NCBI GenBank assembly: GCA_963710865.1
Contig: CAVQBR010000001.1
Coordinates: forward strand, 48,430 to 112,429
DNA: 64,000 nucleotides
Direction of reading: 5' to 3'
Source: an uncultured bacterium
GTDB taxonomy: Bacteria; Babelota; Babeliae; Babelales; Babelaceae
The notes under the pieces are model-generated. The model was not told where the DNA came from. It worked only from the letters and a program-made list of their open reading frames with translations, and did no database searches. Both the position numbers and the translations under genes were made by a program. Shown here piece by piece: positions 1 through 8,638 of this stretch; position 1 is the stretch's first letter, and each line of letters begins with the position of its first letter.

Positions 1-141
1 AGCCCCACGGCCACAGCCAATGAGATTAAATCTGCTTATGAAACGCGTAGAGCATCGATTGTTGGTCTTGTAAAAGCGCAGAACCGGAAAGGGCTATATG
101 ATAGACTTGAAGAGATTTATAAGGATGCTCTCAAGCACTAA
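1..141 (+). CDS. C-terminal end of a CDS entering from the left edge (hypothetical; carries the J-like helical motif also seen at 4485..4880 and 51260..52060)
   Basis: Frame 1 is open from base 1 to TAA at 139..141. Translation: SPTATANEIKSAYETRRASIVGLVKAQNRKGLYDRLEEIYKDALKH. It is absent from the ORF track because no start codon lies in the window. Confidence 0.4.
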   Translation, partial: SPTATANEIKSAYETRRASIVGLVKAQNRKGLYDRLEEIYKDALKH

Positions 142-390
142 AACTCAGCGGGTGCACCACTCGTTCAGTAAATTTTGGGCGTTATTCTTGTACGTTCATA
201 GTAATCACTGCCGAACTATTGTTTGGCGACTGGGCGATTTGGAAATAAGATTGAATTAAAAAAAAACTCAAATCGGTGGATATATGGTTAAAGGGCAATA
301 GAAATGTTCTACCATTGCGATTGGTGGTCCGGTATTTTGGCACCAAGGAAAGCTGCGCTGCTTCATCAATTAATAACTTAGGGAGTTCAC

Positions 391-642
391 ATGAATGCAT
401 TAAAACTCGCAGCCCTAGTTGCTGTAACATTTGCCGTAACACATAGCTTTGCTGCGGTAAATCTTGAAAATACGGCTAATTACTTTGCGGTAGATTTCAC
501 TGTACACACGATGCCTGAAAACCAAGAATATAATTTCGTCCTCAACAAGAAAAATCTAACTGGCGCAAAGTTCAAACTGCCGCTCTTACCTGGCAATTGT
601 GTTGATCGTATCACCATTAACAGGGTAATCCAGCAAAAATAA
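391..642 (+). CDS. small secreted hypothetical protein
   Basis: 83-aa ORF with a GGGAG Shine-Dalgarno a few nt upstream of the ATG. N-terminal signal-peptide-like segment MNALKLAALVAVTFAVTHSFAA. No family recognised. Confidence 0.45.
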   Translation: MNALKLAALVAVTFAVTHSFAAVNLENTANYFAVDFTVHTMPENQEYNFVLNKKNLTGAKFKLPLLPGNCVDRITINRVIQQK

Positions 643-828
643 GTAATCAAGAGAACCATCCAGCTTCAAAGGATCCACGTTTTACTTTAACAATCACGTC
701 TCAAGTTGAACGGAGGCAGGTCGCAAAAAACCTGTTGAAAGGAACTTCTCGCAAGTTCGATAGCAACGATATCTGCCAGCGTAGAACAGTTGGGAAAAAA
801 TCAATCCGCAAATAGAGAAAGGAAAAGA

Positions 829-1176
829 ATGAAGATCAAAATCAAACGAGTTTATGAGCAACCAGAAAAAGAAGACGGAACTCGCATCCTCGTTGACAGG
901 CTCTGGCCACGGGGTATGACAAAGGAAAAAGCACATATTGACCTCTGGCTGAAAGAAATTGCCCCCAGCACGGAGCTCCGTGAGTGCTGCGGCCATAACC
1001 CTGAAAAGTGGGCTGAGTTCAAGAAGCGTTATCGAGCGGAGCTCAAAAAAAACATCGATCTGGTCGACCACCTGAAGGATGTAGCTAAGAAGAGGACCTT
1101 GACATTGGTCTACGCCGCGAGAGATGAAGAACATAATGAGGCAGTAGTTCTTGAAGATTTCCTTAGACACTCATGA
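829..1176 (+). CDS. DUF488 (YeaO-like) family protein
   Basis: ATG at 829 preceded by the purine-rich AGAGAAAGGAAAAG. MKIKIKRVYEQPEKEDGTRILVDRLWPRGMTKEKAHIDLWLKEIAPSTELRECCGHNPEKWAEFKKRY matches the DUF488 consensus as I remember it (LVDRLWPRG ... W.KEIAPS.ELR). The track start at 790 (TTG) is probably too far upstream. Confidence 0.85.
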   Translation: MKIKIKRVYEQPEKEDGTRILVDRLWPRGMTKEKAHIDLWLKEIAPSTELRECCGHNPEKWAEFKKRYRAELKKNIDLVDHLKDVAKKRTLTLVYAARDEEHNEAVVLEDFLRHS

Positions 1177-1399
1177 CAAAAGCACTATTCAAGCTACAGT
1201 AAGATTTGAATTTAGGGGAGACTATTTCACCGCTATTCATTAACGCGTTTATAGATCGAAGCGCTCGATCTGGATGAATATGTCGATCCTGTCAAATAAC
1301 AAGTAAATCAATCAGATACCATTCTTCATGGTACCTAGGTCAAATACAGAGCCAGATAGGGCGATAACATCAACTACCCAGCCACCCGGCCGAACTAAA

Positions 1400-1891
1400 T
1401 CAGGCATTCAAATCTACAATCTTGAGATTATTACCCAACGATAGAATGAACGTCCTCAGATCCTCCGGGGCGATAGATGTTGTAGCTTTGTTTGTTAAGG
1501 GATGCACATTAATAACCTCATGATCGAACAAAGCCTTTTCAAGAATAACAGTAACAACGTGCTCCGCATCGTTAATAATGCCGAATGGCGTTACGGATCC
1601 AGGCTCTAATCCCAAATAGTTCTTTAATAGCTGCGCATCTGCAAAGCGAAGTTTAGGGGCATGAAACTCTTTACCTAATGTTTTTAAATCAATCTTTGTA
1701 TCCCAGAGGGCAGTAATCAGCTACAACCGTTTAGCAGCATCCATTAAAAACAAGTTCTTACAATGGCCGCCCGCTATCTTGTCATAGATCACGCGAGCCT
1801 GCTCACAGGTAAAAAGGGGCTCATGCCACGCGGTAACAGTTTTTATAGAAAGCGTAGAAAGATACGAAAACAGATCTTCCGGACTCTTCAT
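1400..1891 (-). pseudogene. YbaK/ProX-type aminoacyl-tRNA editing-domain gene interrupted by an in-frame TAG
   Basis: Minus strand from ATG at 1891 reads MKSPEDLFSYLSTLSIKTVTAWHEPLFTCEQARVIYDKIAGGHCKNLFLMDAAKRL, then TAG at 1721..1723. The same frame continues LITALWDTKIDLKTLGKEFHAPKLRFADAQLLKNYLGLEPGSVTPFGIINDAEHVVTVILEKALFDHEVINVHPLTNKATT. The track reports only the last 71 aa (1400..1615). KNLFL ... PGSVTPFG ... HPL are YbaK-domain-like motifs. Confidence 0.7.
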
Positions 1892-2583
1892 CCTCAGGCT
1901 CCAAATTTAAAGGGTTTCTCCGAGCAGTAGCTATGATGAAGCATAGCAAAAGATAAACAAACTGCAATCACACGAGACAGAAAGCAATTGCAGCTGAGTG
2001 TAAGCAAATTATATAGCCCAAATAATCGCAATGGCTGCATGCATGTTCAATATGATGCCTCTAAAAGGCTTCAATTAAAATACAGACTACGGTGGGACTG
2101 CAAACTTGATCTTCTCATATTCAATCGAACAATTTAAATGTAAATACAGCGATATACCAAGTCTGACTCAATCTGCGCATAGCGCTAATGCCGATATGAA
2201 ACTTAGCCGTCATCCACTGCGGTAAATCTACATTTGCCTTGTCACAATCCCGAACTGCTTATTACTTCGAACTTTCATTTTAAACGAACGCTTATAGAGC
2301 CTTAAACGAGCAGAAATAGCAAATAACCTTACGCACTTTTTTAAGTGAACTGGCACAAATAAGGTATTTTTCATTGCCAGGCAACAGATTATTTTCAACT
2401 TTGGTATCTTCTGCTCTCCTTGACTAGTGAAATGTCGGTAAAGAGCCAGTTGCACAATAGTTTATTTTGCTACAAATTCAAACTAAAAATTATATTTAAT
2501 TTCAAAATCATTGACGTGACTATTTTGCCTTTAGTATGCTAATGGTAGGAAAAGAATTTTTCAATCACTCCTCGGGGGACATC

Positions 2584-3372
2584 ATGAACTTGAAACAAAG
2601 TCTACTGCTTATTCTTTCATGCTTTATGCTTACTTCTTTACAAGCAAACCAGCCAAACCAGCAGAAGCTTATTGAAAAATATGCTATTAACCATAAGCTT
2701 AAGAGCATTTTGGATGATCACAGTGATGAATTAATCGCGCTCATGGATGAGCATGTTAATTTAGGAAAAGTTAAACATGGGGTATGGAAATTCTCCTGGC
2801 TTCCGGGATATTACGTAAAGTATAATCTTGATCGAATATACGGTGTTGAGAATATGAAACGGTGTATTGATAAATTTGAACTGGATTCTTTAGTTGTGGC
2901 AGAAAAAAGCCTCTATCATGTAAAAGGTAGACCAATGGAACTCAGTAACGACAACTATCTTGTTATAGCCAAGGCTGTTAAACCAGGAAAGAGATTACCA
3001 CCACTGAGTCTCAAGCAAATTGAGCAAATGTGTAAACTCATGCATGAAACAAGCTATGTAAGTCTCCATACAAAAAATTATATTCGAACAGCCGATAATA
3101 AAATTGCGCTTATTGATACTGAAAGTACTTTCGACAGCAACGACTTACTACTTGGTTATGCACGAATGATAGGTGCAGAAGGAAGATACCACGCATTTAC
3201 GAAAGAAGCATTTAGCTATTTGTTGCACAGGGCACTTAAAGAGCTTAAGCATCACAAGATCCCTGCAAAGAAAGACTACTTCGAGCGTATGATTAACTAT
3301 TTAAACGGCAAAAGAAAGAAAGATGGTCTAGATACCTTAAAGCTGTTTAACGATTCGTTTGCTCAACACTAG
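2584..3372 (+). CDS. secreted hypothetical protein, possibly with a protein-kinase-like fold
   Basis: The likely start is the ATG at 2584 (MNLKQSLLLILSCFMLTSLQA signal peptide, GGGGGA SD upstream). The track start at 2536 is less likely. Segments YYVKY, LVIAKAV, SLHTKNYI and ALIDTES are arranged like kinase beta3-Lys, hinge, catalytic loop and DFG-equivalent. Confidence 0.6.
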   Translation: MNLKQSLLLILSCFMLTSLQANQPNQQKLIEKYAINHKLKSILDDHSDELIALMDEHVNLGKVKHGVWKFSWLPGYYVKYNLDRIYGVENMKRCIDKFELDSLVVAEKSLYHVKGRPMELSNDNYLVIAKAVKPGKRLPPLSLKQIEQMCKLMHETSYVSLHTKNYIRTADNKIALIDTESTFDSNDLLLGYARMIGAEGRYHAFTKEAFSYLLHRALKELKHHKIPAKKDYFERMINYLNGKRKKDGLDTLKLFNDSFAQH

Positions 3373-3813
3373 ATGTTTTACAATCCACGCCCAACGAACA
3401 ACTTGATAGGTGGTAATCGCTTGCCGAATCACCACCTATCAGTTACAACAGCGCAATCATTGTTACCCTTGATGTCTTTCCCCACAAAGGTAAGAGATTT
3501 GGGTTTGCTGGGTGACACAAAGTGGTCTGAGTCAGCAGAACAGTGTTAAGAAGGGTGATCGTGCCAAGTTTTAGAACCTCAAAGAAATTATCACCATTAA
3601 ACGATAACCGATAGATGATTATTTGGAAAAAAATAATAACACATCGATTATCAAACTTAACAGCTTCGCAAGCCCTTTTATGTTATTAGAATGACACTTC
3701 AGGCAATGCAAGCGGGGTGAAGCTAAAGAACCCATCTAGCTTGCAATTAGTTTTTAAGTTTGATAAACTATAGATAATTAGTTTTGAAAAATTCATAATC
3801 TATAGGTTATAAC

Positions 3814-4275
3814 ATGAAAGAAACGTTTCGGAAATTAATCCAGCAGCAGATTCAAGAAGACCTAAATAATCCAGCCCGACTGAAGGACAAACCGGCACCT
3901 AAGGGCGGATGGCTTCAAACCATCCGAACTATCTTGGGGCTGTCTGCACGGCAACTTGCTAAGAAAATGGGATGTTCCCAAGTCAATATAACAGCTTTTG
4001 AGCGACGTGAACGGGAGGGAACCATCTCTTTAAATGCTCTTAACAAAGTTGCTCAAGCGATGGATTGTCATCTCGTTTATTTCTTGGTACCAAAGGAGCC
4101 TTTCAAGAAGTTATTAGAAAATCGGGCTCGCATTGTTGCTAGAAGATATTTACAAAGAGTCGGTGTCTCGATGGAACTTGAAGACCAAGGTCTCAAGCCT
4201 GCTCAAAGAAAACATCAGGAGCGCGAATTAGTCAATGAATTTCTCCAAAACAGCCCTAAAAAACTATGGGATTAA
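3814..4275 (+). CDS. mobile mystery protein A (XRE-type HTH)
   Basis: 153 aa. PKGGWLQTIRTILGLSARQLAKKMGCSQVNITAFERREREGTISLNALNKVAQAMDCHLVYFLVPKEP matches my memory of the mobile mystery protein A family (GW.R.IR.ALGMS..QLA.R.G.S...V...E..E..G.ITL..L...A.ALDC.LVYALVP). No Fic-domain partner (mobile mystery protein B) follows. Confidence 0.75.
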   Translation: MKETFRKLIQQQIQEDLNNPARLKDKPAPKGGWLQTIRTILGLSARQLAKKMGCSQVNITAFERREREGTISLNALNKVAQAMDCHLVYFLVPKEPFKKLLENRARIVARRYLQRVGVSMELEDQGLKPAQRKHQERELVNEFLQNSPKKLWD

Positions 4276-4484
4276 GATGGAATTTAATAAAATTAAACGT
4301 GTGAATTTGCAGTGCTCTTCGAGCCGAGCAATTTTTACCTCGGGCCCTCGCGTATAAGTGTCCAGGAATTCTCCTAATAGCTCGGGTGTTCAGCGCTTAA
4401 TGTTATCACGCATTAGCAGATAGAACAAAAAGCCTCGGAGCTTCATGCTACCAAGGCTTACAGTTTGTTGCGTCGATCAGAATT

Positions 4485-5224
4485 TTAAGATTGGGCTGCA
4501 CTTGCATAAAGGGTAGGGGTCGTCTCTATCCTGCCACCAATATCTGTTAGATGCTCCTGAATAAGTAGATGCTCCTGAATAAGATCATTAAGCGCATGCC
4601 TTTCAGCTACGCAACCCAAAATACTACGATAGGCATGTTCTACAAAATTGAGTGCCTGCCGGTAAAAATCAAACTCATCACTCGTTTTAGGAAGACTACT
4701 TTCCAAAATGGAGGCTAGTTGCGAATGCATACTTTTATATGCCGCATCCACTTCCTGACGCGAGGCATGCTCCTTCAGGCCGAGAAAATCATATGCTGTT
4801 ATTGTTCTTTCTTCGCTGATTGCATGATTAACTGTAGAAAAATATTCCTTAAGTCTGAGGTTGCAATATAATTCGCCCATGGGTATTCAAGAAAGACTTT
4901 CAATTTATTAGGAAGGCTCTCACGCTCTACAAGCGCTTGAATCATATTTTCAAAGCCATGATTTTCACCAAAAATAAGTACTTTTTGGGGAGGGAAGGCT
5001 GCTCGCACGGGAGATTTTAAGCCGGCAAACGTGTAGAAATAGCAGTAGGCTGGCTGAGTAATAAGAAACGCTATCAGAATAACTGAGCAATGAGATCTCA
5101 CCTCGAATTTACTGAGGAAGTCTCTAATACAGCTAGAACAATACAACATCGAAAGGCCCTTTCTTAAAGTGCCTCCCTTCAGCTTGAGTATATAAAAGGG
5201 CGAAGATTTTGCAAATGGATACAA
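4485..5224 (-). pseudogene. possibly frameshifted secreted-protein gene: an N-terminal part paralogous to 46346..47380 and a C-terminal part with an HPD-less J-like motif
   Basis: Two ORFs overlap by 82 nt in different frames (4799..5224 and 4485..4880). The upstream ORF has QKVLIFGENHGF ... KLKVFLEYPWANYI, matching KKVIYLYGDDHRV ... KLMIYIEYPQANYI in 46346..47380. The downstream ORF has AYDFLGLKEHASRQEVDAAYKSM ... FYRQALNFVEHAYRSI. These could also be two genuine overlapping genes. Confidence 0.35.
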
Positions 5225-5301
5225 GAAAATTGAGTCGATGGGGCGACCATTTTGTGTTGGTATTAAGAAAACCTAGATGAAAATATAGACTTTCTTAATA
5301 G

Positions 5302-5604
5302 ATGATTTATGATGTTCAAAATTTCTTGCATTTTTGTCGCATAAACGGCAGGATGGCTCGTATAGATTCGTGCAATTTTGGCAACTGCAAGCCGATTACT
5401 GGCATAAAGGATCTATCGGAAATAGTTATTGACTATGGACCGGGCTACAGGATTTACTTTTGTATAGAGAATAGAGCAAAAAGCACAATTATTACCATGC
5501 TACTTGGCGGCAAAAAAGACAACCAAAGTCGAGACATAGCAACTGCCGCAAAATATTTGGCTCATTACAAAGGAGAAAAACGTGAAAAAGAGAAATGCCA
5601 TTGA
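5302..5604 (+). CDS. type II toxin, RelE/ParE-superfamily addiction-module killer protein (HigB-like)
   Basis: 100 aa. NFGNCKPITGIKDLSEIVIDYGPGYRIYF ... LLGGKKDNQSRDIATAAKY matches the killer-protein pattern GNFGD.KPVG.GV.ELRIDYGPGYRVYF ... GGDKSTQ..DI..A. It overlaps the downstream antitoxin by 23 nt. Confidence 0.75.
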   Translation: MIYDVQNFLHFCRINGRMARIDSCNFGNCKPITGIKDLSEIVIDYGPGYRIYFCIENRAKSTIITMLLGGKKDNQSRDIATAAKYLAHYKGEKREKEKCH

Positions 5605-5887
5605 CTGGCAACCAGAATTGCTAAAAATATTAAAAGACCCGGAAGATGCCATAGCTTATCTTAACGTAGCCATGGCTGACGAAGATCCGACAATATTCTT
5701 GATAGCACTTAAAAACGTTATTGAGGCTCAGGATCTTCAAATTCAAGAAGTTGCGGAGCGTTCACATCTGAGTCGTCAAAATATTTATCGCATCCTCAGC
5801 GAAAAAGGAAATCCCCGATTGAAGTCAATTAAATCGCTACTCAATTCGGTAGGATTTAACTTATGCATCTCTAGCTTACAAAGATAA
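5582..5887 (+). CDS. addiction-module antidote protein (HigA-like HTH antitoxin)
   Basis: GTG start at 5582 with AAAGGAG 5 nt upstream. DPEDAIAYLNVAMADEDPTIFLIALKNVIEAQ ... VAERSHLSRQNIYRILSEKGNPRLKSIKSLLNSVGFNL is the typical antidote-protein layout. Confidence 0.8.
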   Translation: MKKRNAIDWQPELLKILKDPEDAIAYLNVAMADEDPTIFLIALKNVIEAQDLQIQEVAERSHLSRQNIYRILSEKGNPRLKSIKSLLNSVGFNLCISSLQR

Positions 5888-6046
5888 GAAACAAGAACAT
5901 CTTAATAGAGGCGACTTTTCTGATCTTAAATACCATAAAATACCCCTTTCATGTCCGGAAAGCGCACATTGCAGACATGCCATGAATGCCCATGCGCGCT
6001 TTTTTCCCAGACTTCCAATCAGGTAAGGTGCGAATAGTTCAATTTC

Positions 6047-6307
6047 TCAGTTTCCGTAGTAATCCCCCCAACCGTAGTCCCCCCAAGATTCATGCTTGGT
6101 CCTTCTTGCTTGAGAGACCGATCTTTTAATTTGATCTCGCCATTCCGCCGCTAAATACAGAACGTCTAACAGTAGAAAATGTTCCTCAGGAGTCAGTGTA
6201 GAATCGGCTGGGCTTCCGGTGCATATATAGCCATAATGACGCTCATCATCTTGATCTCGGCTTTTGAGGAATCGGTGACAATGCATGATAGATTCGGGAT
6301 TTTCCAT
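6047..6307 (-). CDS. hypothetical protein (start uncertain)
   Basis: 86-aa ORF from ATG. The same frame stays open upstream to about 6510 without any ATG/GTG/TTG (Cys-rich CNICCICK ... IEIDQLKKLKDEGLSYKVVIVSEAREISEE). The gene may therefore be longer, or may be a 5-prime-truncated remnant. Confidence 0.3.
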   Translation of the reverse strand: MENPESIMHCHRFLKSRDQDDERHYGYICTGSPADSTLTPEEHFLLLDVLYLAAEWRDQIKRSVSQARRTKHESWGDYGWGDYYGN

Positions 6308-6853
6308 TGACTGTTTAAAATAATCGATACTACCATCCCCTCTCTCAAACCGAGTAAGCTCAGACTGCTCACGCTCTTCAGATATTTCACGCGCTTCGGA
6401 TACTATTACTACCTTGTAAGATAAGCCTTCATCTTTGAGCTTCTTGAGCTGATCGATTTCTATCGACGCTGAAGATTTGCAAATGCAGCAAATATTACAA
6501 ATGATAAACTACGAAATTGTATGTGCCCTCGCATTGATTTTTAATTGTTGATACTGAACTTTTTCAAAGATAACAGACACTTGTTTGGCATGCAACCGCC
6601 CTTTCAGTCCCACACTTTTATAAAGAGCGGCTTATCCACAAAGTTAATATTTCCATAGGTTACGGGTTCCCCATCGGTGGCGTTGCTGCATTTGCTCTCC
6701 CCCGGTGGAATTGAGAAACTCGAATCGCAGAAGCAGTCCAGTTTTGGCCGTTTATTGCAGCTTAGCGAGAGTTCCTGAAGAGTCTGAGTATATCTTGTAG
6801 AATCCACCATTATTTCATATACTTGATTATAGAAAATTTCATAAGGATGTACC

Positions 6854-8566
6854 ATGAAAAAGCTACTTCCCATCGGTATAGCAAACTATAAAGATCTTCG
6901 AGAAGGCAATAAATACTATGTCGACAAAACACTCCTCATAAAAGATATTGAGGAGAATGGCAAAGTAATTCTTGTCCCTCGTCCACGTCGTTTTGGCAAA
7001 ACCCTCAATCTTTCAATGCTCTATTATTTCTATACTATCTCAGAATCAAGCAACACCCACCTCTTTGTTGATACAGAGATTTGGAAACTGCCAGAATATC
7101 ATAAGTTGCAGGGAGCTTTTCCCGTAATCTTTATTACTTTTCGAGAAATTACTCAGACAGATTTTGAGAGCATGCAAGCTTGGTTTCAATATGTGATTGC
7201 ACGAGAATTTAAGAAACATGCATACCTTCTAGATGGGACAACATTAGATGCCGATGAAAAAGATCGGTTTATAAGAATCAGCGGAGAAAGAGCTACCAAA
7301 GTCGATCTTGGAACTTCACTTGAATTTCTTGTGAGAATACTTGCTCGCTATCATGGGAAAAAAGTTATCCTACTCATTGATGAGTATGATATTCCGGTTC
7401 AAATCGCATATATCCACGGATTTTATGATAAGACCATAGCCCTTGTCAAAGAGCTTTTAACAGGCCCACTCAAAGATCAGGACGACCTTGAAAAAGGCGT
7501 AATAACAGGCAATCTAGCGCTTGCGAAAGCAAGCATCTTTTCTGGCCTTAACAATCTTACCGTCCTTAACATTACTAATTCAATTATGGCAGATAGATTT
7601 GGTTTCACGCAAGCCGAAATAGGTGAACTTTTAACATACTATGAACTAGGCTCGAAGCAGGATGATATTCGTGCCTGGTATAACAGTTATAAATTTGGCG
7701 AAACAGCTGGAATTTATAATCCGTGGTCAGTGCTTCAATGCATCCTTCATAAAGGCTTCTGTAGAAGCTATTGGTCTGGCACCAGTGATAATCTTCTCCT
7801 TAAAAAAATAATCGGCGGTGGTCCCTACCCCCTAAAAGCCGACCTTGAGCTTCTTCTTCAAAACAAGCCAGTTATTAAAACAATTGAAGAGACGATCGTG
7901 TTTCCTGACTTGCCCAAAAAACCAAACCTCGTCTGGAGTTTGCTCCTTTATTCAGGCTATGTAACCTATACGCACAGCAGAATTAAGGATGATAAAGAAG
8001 AATGGTTTCTCGTCATTCCCAATAAAGAAATAACCACCATGCTCGATGCCTTAATCACAGATATTTTCAGCGAATCTATTCTCGCTGAAGACGCTCAAAA
8101 ACTACTTCTAGATCTAACTCAAGGAAATGTTGAATCCTTTTCTGATATTCTTCAAAGCTTCGTCGAAAATAGCATGAGTGCTTTCGATATTACAAATGAT
8201 GAGCCTGAGAGAAGTTATCATCTGTTTGTACTGGGTATCTTAGTTATGCTTAAAAATACTTACGATATCAAATCAAACAGGGAAAGTGGTAGAGGAAGAT
8301 ATGATATAATGATCATTCCTAAAAATGTCCGCTCGCCAGGTATCATCATAGAGTTTAAAAAAGTCCGACCTGGTTCAAAGGAAACACTTGAAACTGTAGC
8401 GAAAAAGGCTCTTGATCAAATTTTAGCAAAAAATTATCAGCAAGAACTCACTCAGCGAGGCGTTCAGGTCATTATCGCTTATGGGATAGCCTTCGAAAAA
8501 AGAACAGTTTTAGTAAAATGTATGCGACTTGAAAAAGGAACTGAGCAATCTTGTCAGATAGATTGA
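6854..8566 (+). CDS. AAA-ATPase-like domain plus PD-(D/E)XK nuclease (PDDEXK_9-type) family protein
   Basis: The N-terminus LPIGIANYKDLREGNKYYVDKTLLIKDIEENGKVILVPRPRRFGKTLNLSML is the hallmark of the predicted AAA-ATPase family. The C-terminus ERSYHLFVLGILVMLKNTYDIKSNRESGRGRYDIMIIPKN ... GIIIEFKKV is the associated PD-(D/E)XK module. Confidence 0.85.
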   Translation: MKKLLPIGIANYKDLREGNKYYVDKTLLIKDIEENGKVILVPRPRRFGKTLNLSMLYYFYTISESSNTHLFVDTEIWKLPEYHKLQGAFPVIFITFREITQTDFESMQAWFQYVIAREFKKHAYLLDGTTLDADEKDRFIRISGERATKVDLGTSLEFLVRILARYHGKKVILLIDEYDIPVQIAYIHGFYDKTIALVKELLTGPLKDQDDLEKGVITGNLALAKASIFSGLNNLTVLNITNSIMADRFGFTQAEIGELLTYYELGSKQDDIRAWYNSYKFGETAGIYNPWSVLQCILHKGFCRSYWSGTSDNLLLKKIIGGGPYPLKADLELLLQNKPVIKTIEETIVFPDLPKKPNLVWSLLLYSGYVTYTHSRIKDDKEEWFLVIPNKEITTMLDALITDIFSESILAEDAQKLLLDLTQGNVESFSDILQSFVENSMSAFDITNDEPERSYHLFVLGILVMLKNTYDIKSNRESGRGRYDIMIIPKNVRSPGIIIEFKKVRPGSKETLETVAKKALDQILAKNYQQELTQRGVQVIIAYGIAFEKRTVLVKCMRLEKGTEQSCQID

Positions 8567-8638
8567 TTAATTTCATACGTCGCTGACCATTCGGTGAAAA
8601 GGAATGTATGCAAAACATTACCTATGACTCATGTTTGA

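Noticed and set aside
1721-1723. TAG reassignment (alternative genetic code) as the explanation for the in-frame stop in the YbaK-like gene
   Set aside because: TAG is used as a normal terminator by well-supported genes in the same window, for example 2584..3372 (CAC TAG) and 36307..36975 (ATC TAG).
4277-4357. Short ORF (26 codons) starting 1 nt after mobile mystery protein A, as a truncated mobile mystery protein B (Fic)
   Set aside because: It is too short, and I see no Fic motif (HPFxxGNGR) or N-terminal similarity. I note only that the partner is absent.
6604-6873. ORF 6604..6873 (minus, 89 aa) overlapping the start of the AAA-ATPase gene
   Set aside because: It has no RBS or recognisable motif, a Cys/Ser-rich composition typical of random frames, and it overlaps a confident gene start.
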